Below, in pieces: positions 9,694 through 20,000 of a stretch of 64,000 nt of DNA. The notes below the pieces were generated by a model. The model ran no database searches, was not told where the DNA came from, and saw only the letters and a program-made list of their open reading frames with translations. Within the stretch, counting starts at the first letter, position 1. The number at the start of each line of letters is the position of its first letter. The position numbers and the translations under genes were made by a program. Origin of the DNA: Candidatus Eiseniibacteriota bacterium. Lineage in GTDB: Bacteria; Eisenbacteria; RBG-16-71-46; CAZAMP01. The stretch spans positions 3,840,001-3,904,000 of the forward strand of contig OZ245046.1 of NCBI GenBank assembly GCA_965224245.1, given 5' to 3'.

Positions 9694-11514
9694 ATGATAC
9701 CCGATTCGCCGACTTCGGCACGACCACGCCGCCCGCCCGCATGCCTGCACGCCGCGGGTCGGCGTGCGGCGCGTGAGCGTGCGGCGCGTTGGCGCGCGGC
9801 GCATGGGCGCGCCGTGCTCGGGCCGCTGGTCGGCGGCCTCCTGAGCACCGGCGTCGCGATCGGCGGCGACGAGATCTCTCCCCTCGGCATCGTCGAGCGT
9901 GACGACGTGGCCGGCGCGCTCTCGGTCCGGGCCGCGTGGATGCGCATGCCGGTGGAGTGGCGTTTCGTCGAGCCCGAGGACGACGTCTTCAACTGGGCGA
10001 GCGGCTTCAACGCCTGGTCGGACGAGGCCATCGAGAACGGCATCCGCCCCACGCCCGTGCTCTCGATCGGACGCATGTGGGCCAGCGGCTTCTCGACGCC
10101 GGCCTCCACGCCGTCTCATCCCCCGACCGATCTGTCCACGACGTTCGACCCCGCGTACGGGTACAGCGAGACGTACTACGACTTCGTGGCCAGCTTCGTC
10201 ACGCACTACCGCGATCGCCTGGACCGGATCACGATCGAGAACGAGGCCAACACGTTCGTGTTCTGGGCGGGCTCCATGGACGACTACTGGCGGGTCGTGG
10301 TCACCGCGGCGAAGGCGGTGGACGACGTCGCCCCGGCGATCCTCGTGTTCGACAGCGGGCTCGGGTCGGGCGCCTGGGGCGCCGCGGTCGCCCAGTGGAT
10401 GCTCGAGTCCGGTGACGTTCCCGATGCCGACGTGCTGCGCTTCGCGAACGACTACTATCAGCACGACGTCTACGCACCGCTGTCCTGGTCGAGCGTGCAC
10501 GATCTCCGCTTCTGGCTCTCGCAGCCGTTCGTCCAGGAGAACAACAAGCGTGTCGACTTCACGCTGGCCACGGTGCCGCCGTTTCTCGACGGCCTCAACT
10601 TCAAGTTCACCCAGAACTCGTGGGTGCTGCCGACGCTGCTCGACTGGATCGATCGCCGCATGGCCCAGCACGGACACGCGCCGCTGACCAAGGTCAACAA
10701 CGAGGCCTCGAACTGGCCGCGCGGCGGACCGGCGAACGAGGCGATGAACCTCTTTCGCATCGTGATCCTCGGGCTCGCCGGTGGCGTCGAGCAGACGCTG
10801 TGGTTTCCGCTCTCGAACGAAGTCACCGACACGCCGCGCCGGGGTCTCTACGACGAGAACGGCGAGTGGACGCTTCAGGCCGATGCGTACGTGACGCTCG
10901 CCACCGAGATCGGTGGCGACTTCCGCTTCGCCGACGCCGACACGCTGGGCGAGAACGTCCAGCGCTTCCGGTTCCAGCGGATCGACGAGAGCGAGCCCCG
11001 GCTCGACGCACTGTGGTGGGATGACGGCGGGCACGGCAACGGCTTCGAGCTCGTCTCGTTTCCGGTGCCGACCGACACCGACTCGCTGGTGATCATCGGC
11101 TTCGACGGGTCGCGCTCCAGCCAGGCCGTCGGCGACACCGCCACGGTCGCGATCTCGGCCGCGCCGCGGCTGCTCGCCTACGTGTCCACGTTGCTGGACG
11201 CCGAGGTCCCGGCGGACCCGACCGGCCGGCCGGCCCTCGCCGCCCGCCCGAATCCCTTCCGCGGCTCGGTCGCGATCTCGGCCACGGTCCCGGTCGGAGC
11301 GGACGGACACCCGTTCGAGGTGGCCGTCTTCGACGCCGCCGGCCGGCACGTTCGCGCCCTCACGTCGTCGTTGCCGGCCGTCACCGAGAGCACGGTCACC
11401 CTCGACTGGGATGGACGTGACGATCGGGGCCGGCGGGTCTCGCCCGGCGCGTACTGGGTCCGACTGGTGGCCGCCGGCGAGACCGTCTCGCGCCGCGTCC
11501 TGGTCGCCCCGTGA
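9694..11514 (+). CDS. Secreted clan GH-A-like glycoside hydrolase with C-terminal FlgD-like domain
   Basis: WRFVEPEDDVFNW, ITIENEAN (putative acid/base) and NNEAS (putative nucleophile). C-terminal PNPFRG...VFDAAGRHVRAL...WDGRDDRGRRVSPGAYWVRL. Start uncertain. Confidence 0.75.
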   Translation: MIPDSPTSARPRRPPACLHAAGRRAARERAARWRAAHGRAVLGPLVGGLLSTGVAIGGDEISPLGIVERDDVAGALSVRAAWMRMPVEWRFVEPEDDVFNWASGFNAWSDEAIENGIRPTPVLSIGRMWASGFSTPASTPSHPPTDLSTTFDPAYGYSETYYDFVASFVTHYRDRLDRITIENEANTFVFWAGSMDDYWRVVVTAAKAVDDVAPAILVFDSGLGSGAWGAAVAQWMLESGDVPDADVLRFANDYYQHDVYAPLSWSSVHDLRFWLSQPFVQENNKRVDFTLATVPPFLDGLNFKFTQNSWVLPTLLDWIDRRMAQHGHAPLTKVNNEASNWPRGGPANEAMNLFRIVILGLAGGVEQTLWFPLSNEVTDTPRRGLYDENGEWTLQADAYVTLATEIGGDFRFADADTLGENVQRFRFQRIDESEPRLDALWWDDGGHGNGFELVSFPVPTDTDSLVIIGFDGSRSSQAVGDTATVAISAAPRLLAYVSTLLDAEVPADPTGRPALAARPNPFRGSVAISATVPVGADGHPFEVAVFDAAGRHVRALTSSLPAVTESTVTLDWDGRDDRGRRVSPGAYWVRLVAAGETVSRRVLVAP

Positions 11515-12755
11515 CGCAGGCGGCCGTGCCGCGCACCGCACGCGCACCGCTCTTCACCGGGCCGATGTGGCGACTGTCCATCGCCCACTTCCTGGCCGCG
11601 CTGCCGATCCTGGGACTGAACTTGCTCCCGCTGTTCGTGCGCGAGCTGGGCGGCCGGCCACTCGACATCGGGCTGGTCATGTCGACCGCGTCCATCTCCA
11701 GCATCGTGTCGCGCCCGGGCATCGGACGCCTGATGGATCGGCGCGGGCGGCGGATCGCATTCGTCATCGCGGGTCTCTGCAACGCGGTCCCGCTCGCCGC
11801 CTATCTCCTCGTGAGCGACATCGGACCGCTCTTCTACGCGATCCGATTCGTGCACGGCATCGGCGCCGGCGCGATGTTCGCGACGTTCTTCACGGTGGCG
11901 GCGGACCTCTTGCCCTCGGACCGGCGCGGACAGGGGCTCGCGCTGTTCGGCATCAGCGGCATGGCGGGGGGCGGTATCGGGCCGTTCCTGGGCGAGCGCC
12001 TGCTCGCATCGGGTGGGTTCGACCGGCTCTTCGTCGTGTTCACGCTGATGGCGACGATGAGCCTCGCGATCACGCTGACCCTCCGGGACACGCGGCATCG
12101 AGCGAGGTCGGGAGACCGGCTCACGCGGTTCCGGGACGCCCTCACCGATCCGGGCCTGACGCGCCTTCTTCCCCTGTCGATCGCCTTCGGGTTCGCGGTG
12201 GGCGCGTTCGGGACGTTCCTCGCCGACTACGCGCACGCTCGCGGGATCGGACCGGTCAGCACGTTCTTCCTCACGTACTCCGCCACGTCGATCGCGTTGC
12301 GGCTCGCGTTCGCGGCCCGCGTGGACAGCTTCGGGGCCGAGCGCGTCGTGCGACGGCTGATGGGGTTCACGTCGGCGGCGCTGGTCCTGTGCGTGGCGTT
12401 CCCCTCGTCGTGGGGACTGGTCCTGGCCGGCGTGGCCGGCGGCATCGGGCACGGGTTCGTCTTCCCGAGCCTCGGATCGCTGGCGGCGAGCCGCTGCGCG
12501 CCCGAGCACCGCGGATCCTCGATCAGCCTCTTCACCGCGTCGATCGACGTGGGAATGCTCCTGTGCGGCCCCATCCTCGGAGAGATCGCCGAGCGCGCGG
12601 GCTACGGTCCGGCGTACCTGGTCGCGGCCGTGGTGGCGCTCGCGGGGCTCGCGCACTTCGCATTCGTCGAGCGGCACGGGGCACCGGTGCCGGGCAGGCT
12701 CGTCAGCGCGACGGTCCCCGATACACGCACCGCGCGTCACACGTCTCGTGGATGA
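11511..12755 (+). CDS. MFS transporter
   Basis: About 12 TM segments. Motif A GRLMDRRGRR. GTGA overlap with the upstream gene. Confidence 0.92.
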   Translation: MTQAAVPRTARAPLFTGPMWRLSIAHFLAALPILGLNLLPLFVRELGGRPLDIGLVMSTASISSIVSRPGIGRLMDRRGRRIAFVIAGLCNAVPLAAYLLVSDIGPLFYAIRFVHGIGAGAMFATFFTVAADLLPSDRRGQGLALFGISGMAGGGIGPFLGERLLASGGFDRLFVVFTLMATMSLAITLTLRDTRHRARSGDRLTRFRDALTDPGLTRLLPLSIAFGFAVGAFGTFLADYAHARGIGPVSTFFLTYSATSIALRLAFAARVDSFGAERVVRRLMGFTSAALVLCVAFPSSWGLVLAGVAGGIGHGFVFPSLGSLAASRCAPEHRGSSISLFTASIDVGMLLCGPILGEIAERAGYGPAYLVAAVVALAGLAHFAFVERHGAPVPGRLVSATVPDTRTARHTSRG

Positions 12756-13074
12756 CGACGGCCGTGAGTCCGGCCACGCTCGGCGCGAGCTGGCGCCACA
12801 GCCATCGCGCGAGCATCTCGGACGTCGGGTTCTCGAGCCCCTCGATCTCGTTCAGATAGTGGTGGTCGAGCCGCGCCCGGACCGGTGCGATCGCGGCGTC
12901 GATCTCCCCGAAGTCGACGACCCAGCCCATCGACTCGTCGATCGGCCCGATGACCGAGACCTCGGCGCGAAACGAGTGCCCGTGCAGGCGCCCGCACGGA
13001 TGTCCGTCGGGAACGTTCGGGAGCCGGTGTGCGGCCTCGAACGTGAACTCTCGAACGATCTCGGCGCGGTCCAT
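12703..13074 (-). CDS. queD: 6-carboxy-5,6,7,8-tetrahydropterin synthase
   Basis: FEAAHRLP, CGRLHGHSF, LDHHYLNEIEGLENPTSE motifs. GGAG RBS. Confidence 0.96.
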   Translation of the reverse strand: MDRAEIVREFTFEAAHRLPNVPDGHPCGRLHGHSFRAEVSVIGPIDESMGWVVDFGEIDAAIAPVRARLDHHYLNEIEGLENPTSEMLARWLWRQLAPSVAGLTAVVIHETCDARCVYRGPSR

Positions 13075-13087
13075 CGGAACTCCTCCC

Positions 13088-13804
13088 TCAGACGCCGCGC
13101 GTCTCGGCGCCCCAGATGAGCTTGTGCAGCTGGAGCTGGAGCCGCACCTCGAGCGCATCGTCGATGATCCAGGCCGCCAGCGTCTGCGGGTCGAGCTCGC
13201 CGTGTACCGGCGCGAACAGCACCACGTGACGTTCGGCGAGACGCTCGCGCGTGACGACGTCACGCGCCCACTCGTAGTCGGTTCGATCGGCCAGGACGAT
13301 CTTGATCTCGTCCCGCTCCCCGAGATGCGCGAGATTCTCCCAGCGGTTCGCGGCGCACTCGCCGCTGCCCGGCGCCTTCAGGTCCATGATCTTGACCACG
13401 CGCGGATCCAGCACCGACACGTCGCGATGGCCGCCGGTCTCGATCAAGACCTCGTACCCGGCGCTCAGGAGCTTCGCGATCAGATCGTGCACCCGCGTCT
13501 GGAGAAGCGGCTCGCCCCCGGTGATCTCGACGAGCCGACAGCCGAGCCGCGACACCTCGGCGACGACGTCGTCGAGCGTGCGCCACTCGCCTCCGGTGAA
13601 TGCGTACTCGGTGTCACACCAGCGGCACCGGAGGTCGCACGCCGTCAGACGTACAAGCGTGCATCGCCGGCCGGCCCGGCTGCCTTCGCCCTGGAGGCTC
13701 AGGTAGATCTCGTGGATCCTCAGCCGGTCGCGCGGAGCGTCGCGGCCGGCGTCGCTGGAGTCGCGGATGCCGGGGGCGTCGGGTCGGACGTCGGATGGCG
13801 TCAT
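13088..13804 (-). CDS. queE: 7-carboxy-7-deazaguanine synthase (radical SAM)
   Basis: EIYLSLQGEG, CDLRCRWCDT, ITGGEPLLQ and QLQLHKLIW motifs. Adjacent to queD. Confidence 0.95.
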   Translation of the reverse strand: MTPSDVRPDAPGIRDSSDAGRDAPRDRLRIHEIYLSLQGEGSRAGRRCTLVRLTACDLRCRWCDTEYAFTGGEWRTLDDVVAEVSRLGCRLVEITGGEPLLQTRVHDLIAKLLSAGYEVLIETGGHRDVSVLDPRVVKIMDLKAPGSGECAANRWENLAHLGERDEIKIVLADRTDYEWARDVVTRERLAERHVVLFAPVHGELDPQTLAAWIIDDALEVRLQLQLHKLIWGAETRGV

Positions 13805-14136
13805 GGACGTGACGAGCGCTCACTCGGTGGAGGGTGGCGGCGACACGGCGCGTCGCGCCGGCCTGTTCTCGGCCGGCCGAGTATAGCATCCCCGTCCGCC
13901 ACGGGTCGTGGCCGGGCACGATGGATCGAGCGGCGCGCCGACACGATCGGCTCGTGTCGCCGGCAACGCCGTGGACGTGGCCTCGATCTGCGCGCAGACT
14001 CCTCGCCGGTGCACGTCAGGCGGATCTCCGTGGGGGGTCCATGGCCATTCAAAGCAAGCGGGAAGCGCTGCATCGACGCGACGCCCGAGGAGCTGGCCGA
14101 GATCACGATCCTGGGCGCGCCGCGGGAGGTCGATCG

Positions 14137-15291
14137 TTGACACCCGGGAATCACATCGACGCCGGTCGTCTCCGCGCCAGAGTGAGCGAGCGAGCGCTCG
14201 TCGTCGAGCAGCCGCCGGACTGGTCGATTCGCCTGGACGCCGAGGGTCGCTGGTGCTCGTATCGCCGCGGCCCCGTCCTTCATCGCCGGTCGCTCGACGA
14301 CGACGTGGTCGTGCGGAGCGGCTCCGGCGTGCGCTCGGTCGATCGATCGGTCCGCGGACGGATCCTGGAGGAGATCGAATCGCACCTCCGCGACGTGCGC
14401 GCCCGGATCCAGGCCGATCCGGGGATCGTGTCGTTGCACGGCGAGCGCGGCACGGTGCGTGACGTCCTCGACCGCGTGGAGCGAGGCCTGACCTGGCCGG
14501 CCCCCGCGTACGCGGCCGATCGGCGGCTCTTCCACGATGCCTATCCCGAGCCGATCGGTGTGCTCCCCCCCGATCGGTATCGCGACGTGGTGGTCCTGCC
14601 GGCGTTCGGCTGCCCCCACGGTCGCTGTTACTTCTGCACGCTCTTTCCGCGGGGCGGCTTCCGGGTGCTGGAGTCGGCTGCGTTCGAGCGACACCTCGAG
14701 CGTGTCGTCGAGCTGTTCGGAGACTCCCTGGCGACCCGGGACGGCGTGTTCCTGGGGTCGGCCAGCGCCCTCTCGCTCTCCCGGTCGCGACTGATGGCGG
14801 TGCTCGGTCGCGTCCGGGACGTCCTCGGCCGGCGGCGGCGCGGCGTGGCCGCGTTTCACGACCCCGATCACGCGCCGCGTCGCGCGGCCGGAGACTTCGA
14901 GGCGCTCCGGCGAGCCGGGCTCCGTCACGTGACCGTGGGCCTGGAAACGGGACTGCCGCCGCTTCGCGAGGCGTTGGGAAAGAGCGGCGACGTGGAGGGC
15001 GTGATCCGCGCGGTGGTCGCGCAACGCGAGGGCGGGCTGCGTTCGGCGGTGACGCTCCTCGTCGGTGCGGGCGGGGTCGGGGCCCGCGACCTTCATCTCC
15101 GCGAATCGGCCGCCGCGATCGCGGCGATGTCGCTGAACGCCGACGACCGGGTGTTCGTCTCGCCGCTCGAGGGATCGCTCTCGCCGATGCAGATGGGCCG
15201 CGAGATCGATCGCTTTCGAGCACGGCTCGGCGAGGTCACTCCGGCGACGGTCGCTCCGTATCGCCTGGAGCGCTTTCGCTACTACGCGTAG
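14137..15291 (+). CDS. Radical SAM protein of unknown function
   Basis: GCPHGRCYFC (CX4CX2C), VFLGSASAL and VTVGLETG motifs. TTG start at 14137 with GGAGG RBS. Confidence 0.82.
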   Translation: MTPGNHIDAGRLRARVSERALVVEQPPDWSIRLDAEGRWCSYRRGPVLHRRSLDDDVVVRSGSGVRSVDRSVRGRILEEIESHLRDVRARIQADPGIVSLHGERGTVRDVLDRVERGLTWPAPAYAADRRLFHDAYPEPIGVLPPDRYRDVVVLPAFGCPHGRCYFCTLFPRGGFRVLESAAFERHLERVVELFGDSLATRDGVFLGSASALSLSRSRLMAVLGRVRDVLGRRRRGVAAFHDPDHAPRRAAGDFEALRRAGLRHVTVGLETGLPPLREALGKSGDVEGVIRAVVAQREGGLRSAVTLLVGAGGVGARDLHLRESAAAIAAMSLNADDRVFVSPLEGSLSPMQMGREIDRFRARLGEVTPATVAPYRLERFRYYA

Positions 15292-16891
15292 ACCGGACCC
15301 CCGCGCCGTCCGGGCCGTCCGGGCCCGGCCACTCGCCGTCGGGCAGCTCGTACAGCGCGACCGACCCGATCCGCCGGAGCAGCCGCCAGCCGGCGGGCGG
15401 CCGCGCGAGCCAGGGCGGGATCTCGCCGGGTCCCACCAGACCGATCACGCGCTCCGATCGGAGGCTCATGTCCAGGAGCAGCTCGTCGACGATGAGGAGA
15501 CCGGCCGGCATCGGCTCTCCGGGCTCCAGGGATTGCACGTAGCGGTTGAGCGAGGATCGATCGACCCGATCCAGCCGTACCGCGTGGTACGGATCGTACC
15601 CCGACGGCTCGTATCCGCTCGTGTAGCGGAGGAAGTACCCGACGCGGGTGTTCCAGAGCCAGTGCATGACGTAGATCGGGCGACCCTCGTGCTCCCGGAC
15701 GACGTCGCGGATCTCGCGGATGTCTTCCCGCTGCTCGAGACCCCACTCTCGAACGCTCGCCATGGTGCGAACGGCACCGACCCCCACGGCGGCCAGCACC
15801 GCGATCGTCAGCGCGGCGGCGAGCGTGCCGTTCCGGAGTACGCGTCCCAGCAGCCGATTCAGCTCGGCCAGGCCGACCCCGGCCAGGATGGCTCCCGGCA
15901 CGGCGATCACGGTCACGTAGCGCACCTGCTTGAACAGCGGCCGGTACTCGGTGGCGCTCGACGACCCGAACTCGATCACGAGGTACGTGCAGACGAACCA
16001 CGCGAGCACGAGCAGCGCCCCGCGGTGCCGGCGGAGCAGGGCGGCGAGTCCACCGATGGCGGCGAAGTACAGGAGCCCTCCGTGGCTCGCATCCGGCTTC
16101 GCGAGCAGCCACAGGTAGAACAGCGGCTTGGGCGGAGAGTCCTCTGTCATCAGGACCTTCTGGGCCACGTCGACGTTCGCCATCGGATTGCCGGTGGAGA
16201 CAGCCTGATAGAGCGTGACGAAGGCGACGACGGCCGCCGCGCCGCCCGCGAGCGGCCAGTAGCTCAGGACCGGATGGCGTCGAAACAGGAGTACCGCGAT
16301 CGGAAAGAACACGCCGAACACGAGTCCCAGGTGTCCGGTCCACGGCATCAACGCGAAGGTGGCTCCGGAGGTCGCCATCCAGAGCGTCCGACGCGTCGGG
16401 CTCACCTCCGATCGCACGAACGCGAACGCCGACGTCGCGAGCACGACGTTCATGATGCTGCCGGGCAACACCCGCGTCGATTCGACCACGAGGACCGGCA
16501 GGAGCGCCGCCACGGCGGCCGCCGCGAGCCCCGCCGCCCGCGAGTAGAGCGTCGCCGCGATGCCGTAGACGAGCGCCACCGTGGAGAGCGATGCGATGAG
16601 CGGCCACGCCAGCGCGGTCGCCTCGGACACCCCGAACAGCCGGAACAGCACGGCGATCGGCACGAAGATGACCGGCCGCATGCCATGCCAGTACAGCACC
16701 TGGCTGAGATGGAACCGTCCGTCGGCCACCTCGGCGGCGTGACGCAGGTAGTTGAAGTCGTCGATGACGTAGACGCCGCTCACGTTCGCGAGACGGGCGA
16801 CGAGCGCCATGAGGAGGCACCCGACGAGCAACGCGACCGTCGTCAGCGGGCGTTCGCGAAGGGGCGGTCGCGCCGGGACATCAGTCGGCAT
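15236..16891 (-). CDS. ArnT/PMT-like GT-C glycosyltransferase (GT39/GT83)
   Basis: First-loop DD motif (YVIDDFNY), LFGVSE, many TM helices, RYV motif and a soluble C-terminal domain. Confidence 0.85.
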   Translation of the reverse strand: MPTDVPARPPLRERPLTTVALLVGCLLMALVARLANVSGVYVIDDFNYLRHAAEVADGRFHLSQVLYWHGMRPVIFVPIAVLFRLFGVSEATALAWPLIASLSTVALVYGIAATLYSRAAGLAAAAVAALLPVLVVESTRVLPGSIMNVVLATSAFAFVRSEVSPTRRTLWMATSGATFALMPWTGHLGLVFGVFFPIAVLLFRRHPVLSYWPLAGGAAAVVAFVTLYQAVSTGNPMANVDVAQKVLMTEDSPPKPLFYLWLLAKPDASHGGLLYFAAIGGLAALLRRHRGALLVLAWFVCTYLVIEFGSSSATEYRPLFKQVRYVTVIAVPGAILAGVGLAELNRLLGRVLRNGTLAAALTIAVLAAVGVGAVRTMASVREWGLEQREDIREIRDVVREHEGRPIYVMHWLWNTRVGYFLRYTSGYEPSGYDPYHAVRLDRVDRSSLNRYVQSLEPGEPMPAGLLIVDELLLDMSLRSERVIGLVGPGEIPPWLARPPAGWRLLRRIGSVALYELPDGEWPGPDGPDGAGVRSTRSSESAPGDTERPSPE

Positions 16892-17076
16892 GGCAACGGG
16901 CGGCCGGTGAGGATGGCATCACGGCGATCGGGCGCTCCGGGTTGGGGTCGCGGGTATCGTAGTGAGTCGCCTCTTCTTGCGCCACGCCGAATGGTGCGTT
17001 TACCCGTCTCCCCGGGGCGGCTATTCTGGCCTCGATGCTCCGCATGGTCGCCGGCCCCGTGCTCGAGGTCCCACCG

Positions 17077-20000
17077 ATGGCCACCGCTTCACGCCCCGAG
17101 CTCCGCATCGGCCTGCCGGCCCGATCCCGCGACGATCGGCTGGCGGGTGACATCCTCGGTGCCCTGGACGCCGATCCGACCCGGCGGGTCCTCGTCCTGA
17201 CCCCCACCGATCTCGCCCGCGAGCGCGTCGTCTCCGCCCTGCTCGCCCGTCGCCCCGACGGCGCGTGGCTCCCCGAGATCCAGCCCCTCGACGCGTTCGT
17301 GGCCCGGGCGCTCGGCCGCCACGTGGACGTGTTGCCGATCGGCGACGCCGCGCGGCTTGCGCTTCTGACCGAGCTGGTCCAGGCGCGCGTGGCCGAAGGC
17401 GAGCTCCCGCGCCTCGCGGGGGGACGCGACCTGCCGGGCCTGATCGGGGCGATCGATCACTTCTTCCAGGCCCTGGGGCGACAGCAGATCTGGGACGCCG
17501 ACCATCTCCGCGCGGTCGTCAGGGGATACCGGTCCGGCCGCGGACGCCGCATCGACGAGGACATCGCGTCGCTCTACGCCGCGTTTCGCCGGCACGTCCC
17601 GCCCCACGCCGGCGAGCTCGACGGCAACGGCACACCGGGCGGGACACGGCTCGCCACACGCGTCGAGCGCCAGCGGGCCGCGATCGCGCACCCCGAGGTT
17701 CTCGTCGAGGCTCTGGCCCGAACCTCGCTCGTGGTGGCGCTGGGCTTCGCCGAGCTGGGCCCTCTGGAGGCAGCACTGTTCGCGCGGATCGCATCGGCCG
17801 CGCCGGCGTTCGTCATGGCCGTCGATGCGGTCGAGCCGGCGCTCGCCGCGCCGGAGCCCGAGGACATCCCGGCGCTCACGGGCACCGCCGAGCTGATCGG
17901 TCGGCTCGGCGCCCGCGCCGTGGTCGAGCCGGTGGTGACCGACCCGCTGGCCCGGACCGCCCTCTCGCTGGTCGGAGAGACCCACGGGACCTCGATTGCG
18001 GGGTCGGGCTCCGAGGCGCCGGCGACGTCCGATCGGCCGGTGACCGCCCGGGTCGCCGTCGATCCGGCGGACGAGGTCACCGCCATCGCCGAGTCCCTGG
18101 CCCATGCGCTCGCCGAACGCCGTCCGTCGGATCTGGCCGTGGCGTTTCCGGACCCCGATCGGTATCTCCCTCTCGTGCGCGAGATCTTCCCCCGCTTCGG
18201 CGTGCCTTTTCATGCGTCGCGGGGCATCCCGCTTCTCAGCGTCCCACCGGTCGCGTTGACGCTCGCCGTGATCGACGCGGTGGCCAACGGGTATCGCCGA
18301 TCCGACATGGAGACGCTCCTGAAGTCGCCCTACGTCCGGGTGGATGGACTCGACGGCCTCGGTCCCGAGCGCATCGACACCTGGGCCCGCCGCGCCCGCG
18401 TTCGCGGGGGCGGCGGTCACCTGGAAGCCGAGTGGATCGAGCCGCTCGTCCGTGTGCGCGATCGCCTCCGGCGTCGCCAGGACGACGCGGCCGGAGCCGA
18501 TCCCGACGCAGACGCCGCGTCGGAGTCCGCCGAGCGGGATCGGGTCGAGCTGGACACGATCATCGGGGCCACGTCCGCGCTGTTCGATGCGCTCGGCGAC
18601 CTGGAGCGATGCCGGGATCGCGCCGTTCGCCTCGACGAGCTGGTGGCCGCGCTCGACGTCACCCTGGACCGCCTCGGGATCCGCGCCCGCCTTCGCGGAG
18701 ACGAGCACTTCGTGAACGCGGGCGTGGGCGCGCGAGATCCCGAGCTCTCGGTCGTGGTCCGGCGCGACGCGGCCGCGGAGGAGGCGTTCTTCGCGCGACT
18801 CGACGAGATCGGTCTCGTGCTCGACGCGTTGCCCCGCCGGAGCGCAAGCGCGCTGACGCTGGCCGAATGGCACGCGCGCCTCCGCACGCTCCTGGGCACC
18901 GAGACGATCACACCGATCGAAGAGGAGCGACACGGCGTGCCGGTGGTCGGCCTGGTCGAGCTGCGGCACGTGCCGGCCTCGGTGGTGTTCATCGGCGGGC
19001 TGACCGAGTCCAGACTCCCGCGCGCGCGGCGGCGCGACGTCTTCTATCCCCCGCTGCGAGATCCGGAGCGAGACTTCCTCCACGTGCCCGACACCGTCGC
19101 GGAGGACTCCGCGGCGCTCTTCGGCGAGCTGGTGCGACGCGACGCGATCCACCTGTCGTGGCCCGCACGGGATCGGGACACCGATCAGATTCCGTCGGTT
19201 CTCCTCGAACGGCTGGCGTCGGTGCACCCGCCGGGCCCTCCGCCCGCGAGGCGGCCCGGGGCGATCGCCGGCGAGGCGGCCGCGTTTCGCGCGGCGCTCG
19301 CCGAGCCGGAAGGGCTCGCCGAACACCTCGTCCCCCTCGACCAGACCACGTCGCCTGAGCGACGGGTCGACCTCCTCGCCGGTGTGCTGGCGGCGACCAC
19401 CCGACGGGCCGAGATGCCGTCCGAGACGACGGGATACGTGGGCGGCGGAGACTTCCTTGCGACGCGCGGCGCCCGGTACCGACCGGGGGGCCGCCACGTG
19501 TACTCGGCCACCGAGCTCGAGCGCTTCGCGCAGTGCGGCTTCGCCTACTTCGCCGAGCGCGTGCTGCGTCTGGGAGAGCTCGACGACGTCGAGGACGACA
19601 TGTCACCGCTGACGCGCGGGCGGCTCCTGCACGAGATCCTGTACCGCTTCCATCGCGCCCGGCTCGAGACCGGCGTCGACCCGATCATGGACGCCGCGCA
19701 TCGCGACGAGCTCATGGCCGACATGCGTCGCGTGGCCGCGCGCGTGCTCACCGAGCTTCCGTCGGGCGATCTCCTGGCCGATGCCACGCGCGAAACGATC
19801 GTGGCCGGTCTCGACCCGGCGGCGCCACCACCCCTGCGCGCGGGCGTGCTGGCCACGTTCATCGATGCCGAGATCGCCCGTGTCTCCGAGGGATGGCGGC
19901 CCGAGGCGCTCGAGTGGGCCTTCGGCTTCGCGGGCGGTCCCCCGGCGCTCGCGCTGGACACGCCGGCGGGCGTGGTGCGTGTGCGCGGGAAGCTCGACCG

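Noticed and set aside
9762-9810. 15-bp degenerate repeat as a regulatory element
   Set aside because: Only about three imperfect GC-rich copies in a poorly constrained N-terminal region; likely slippage.
12703-13804. dpd 7-deazaguanine DNA-modification island
   Set aside because: No dpdA/tgt-like or other dpd genes nearby; ordinary queuosine synthesis explains these genes.
13805-13890. preQ1 riboswitch upstream of queE
   Set aside because: No preQ1-type stem-loop with an A-rich tail; only a TATACT -10-like box is visible.
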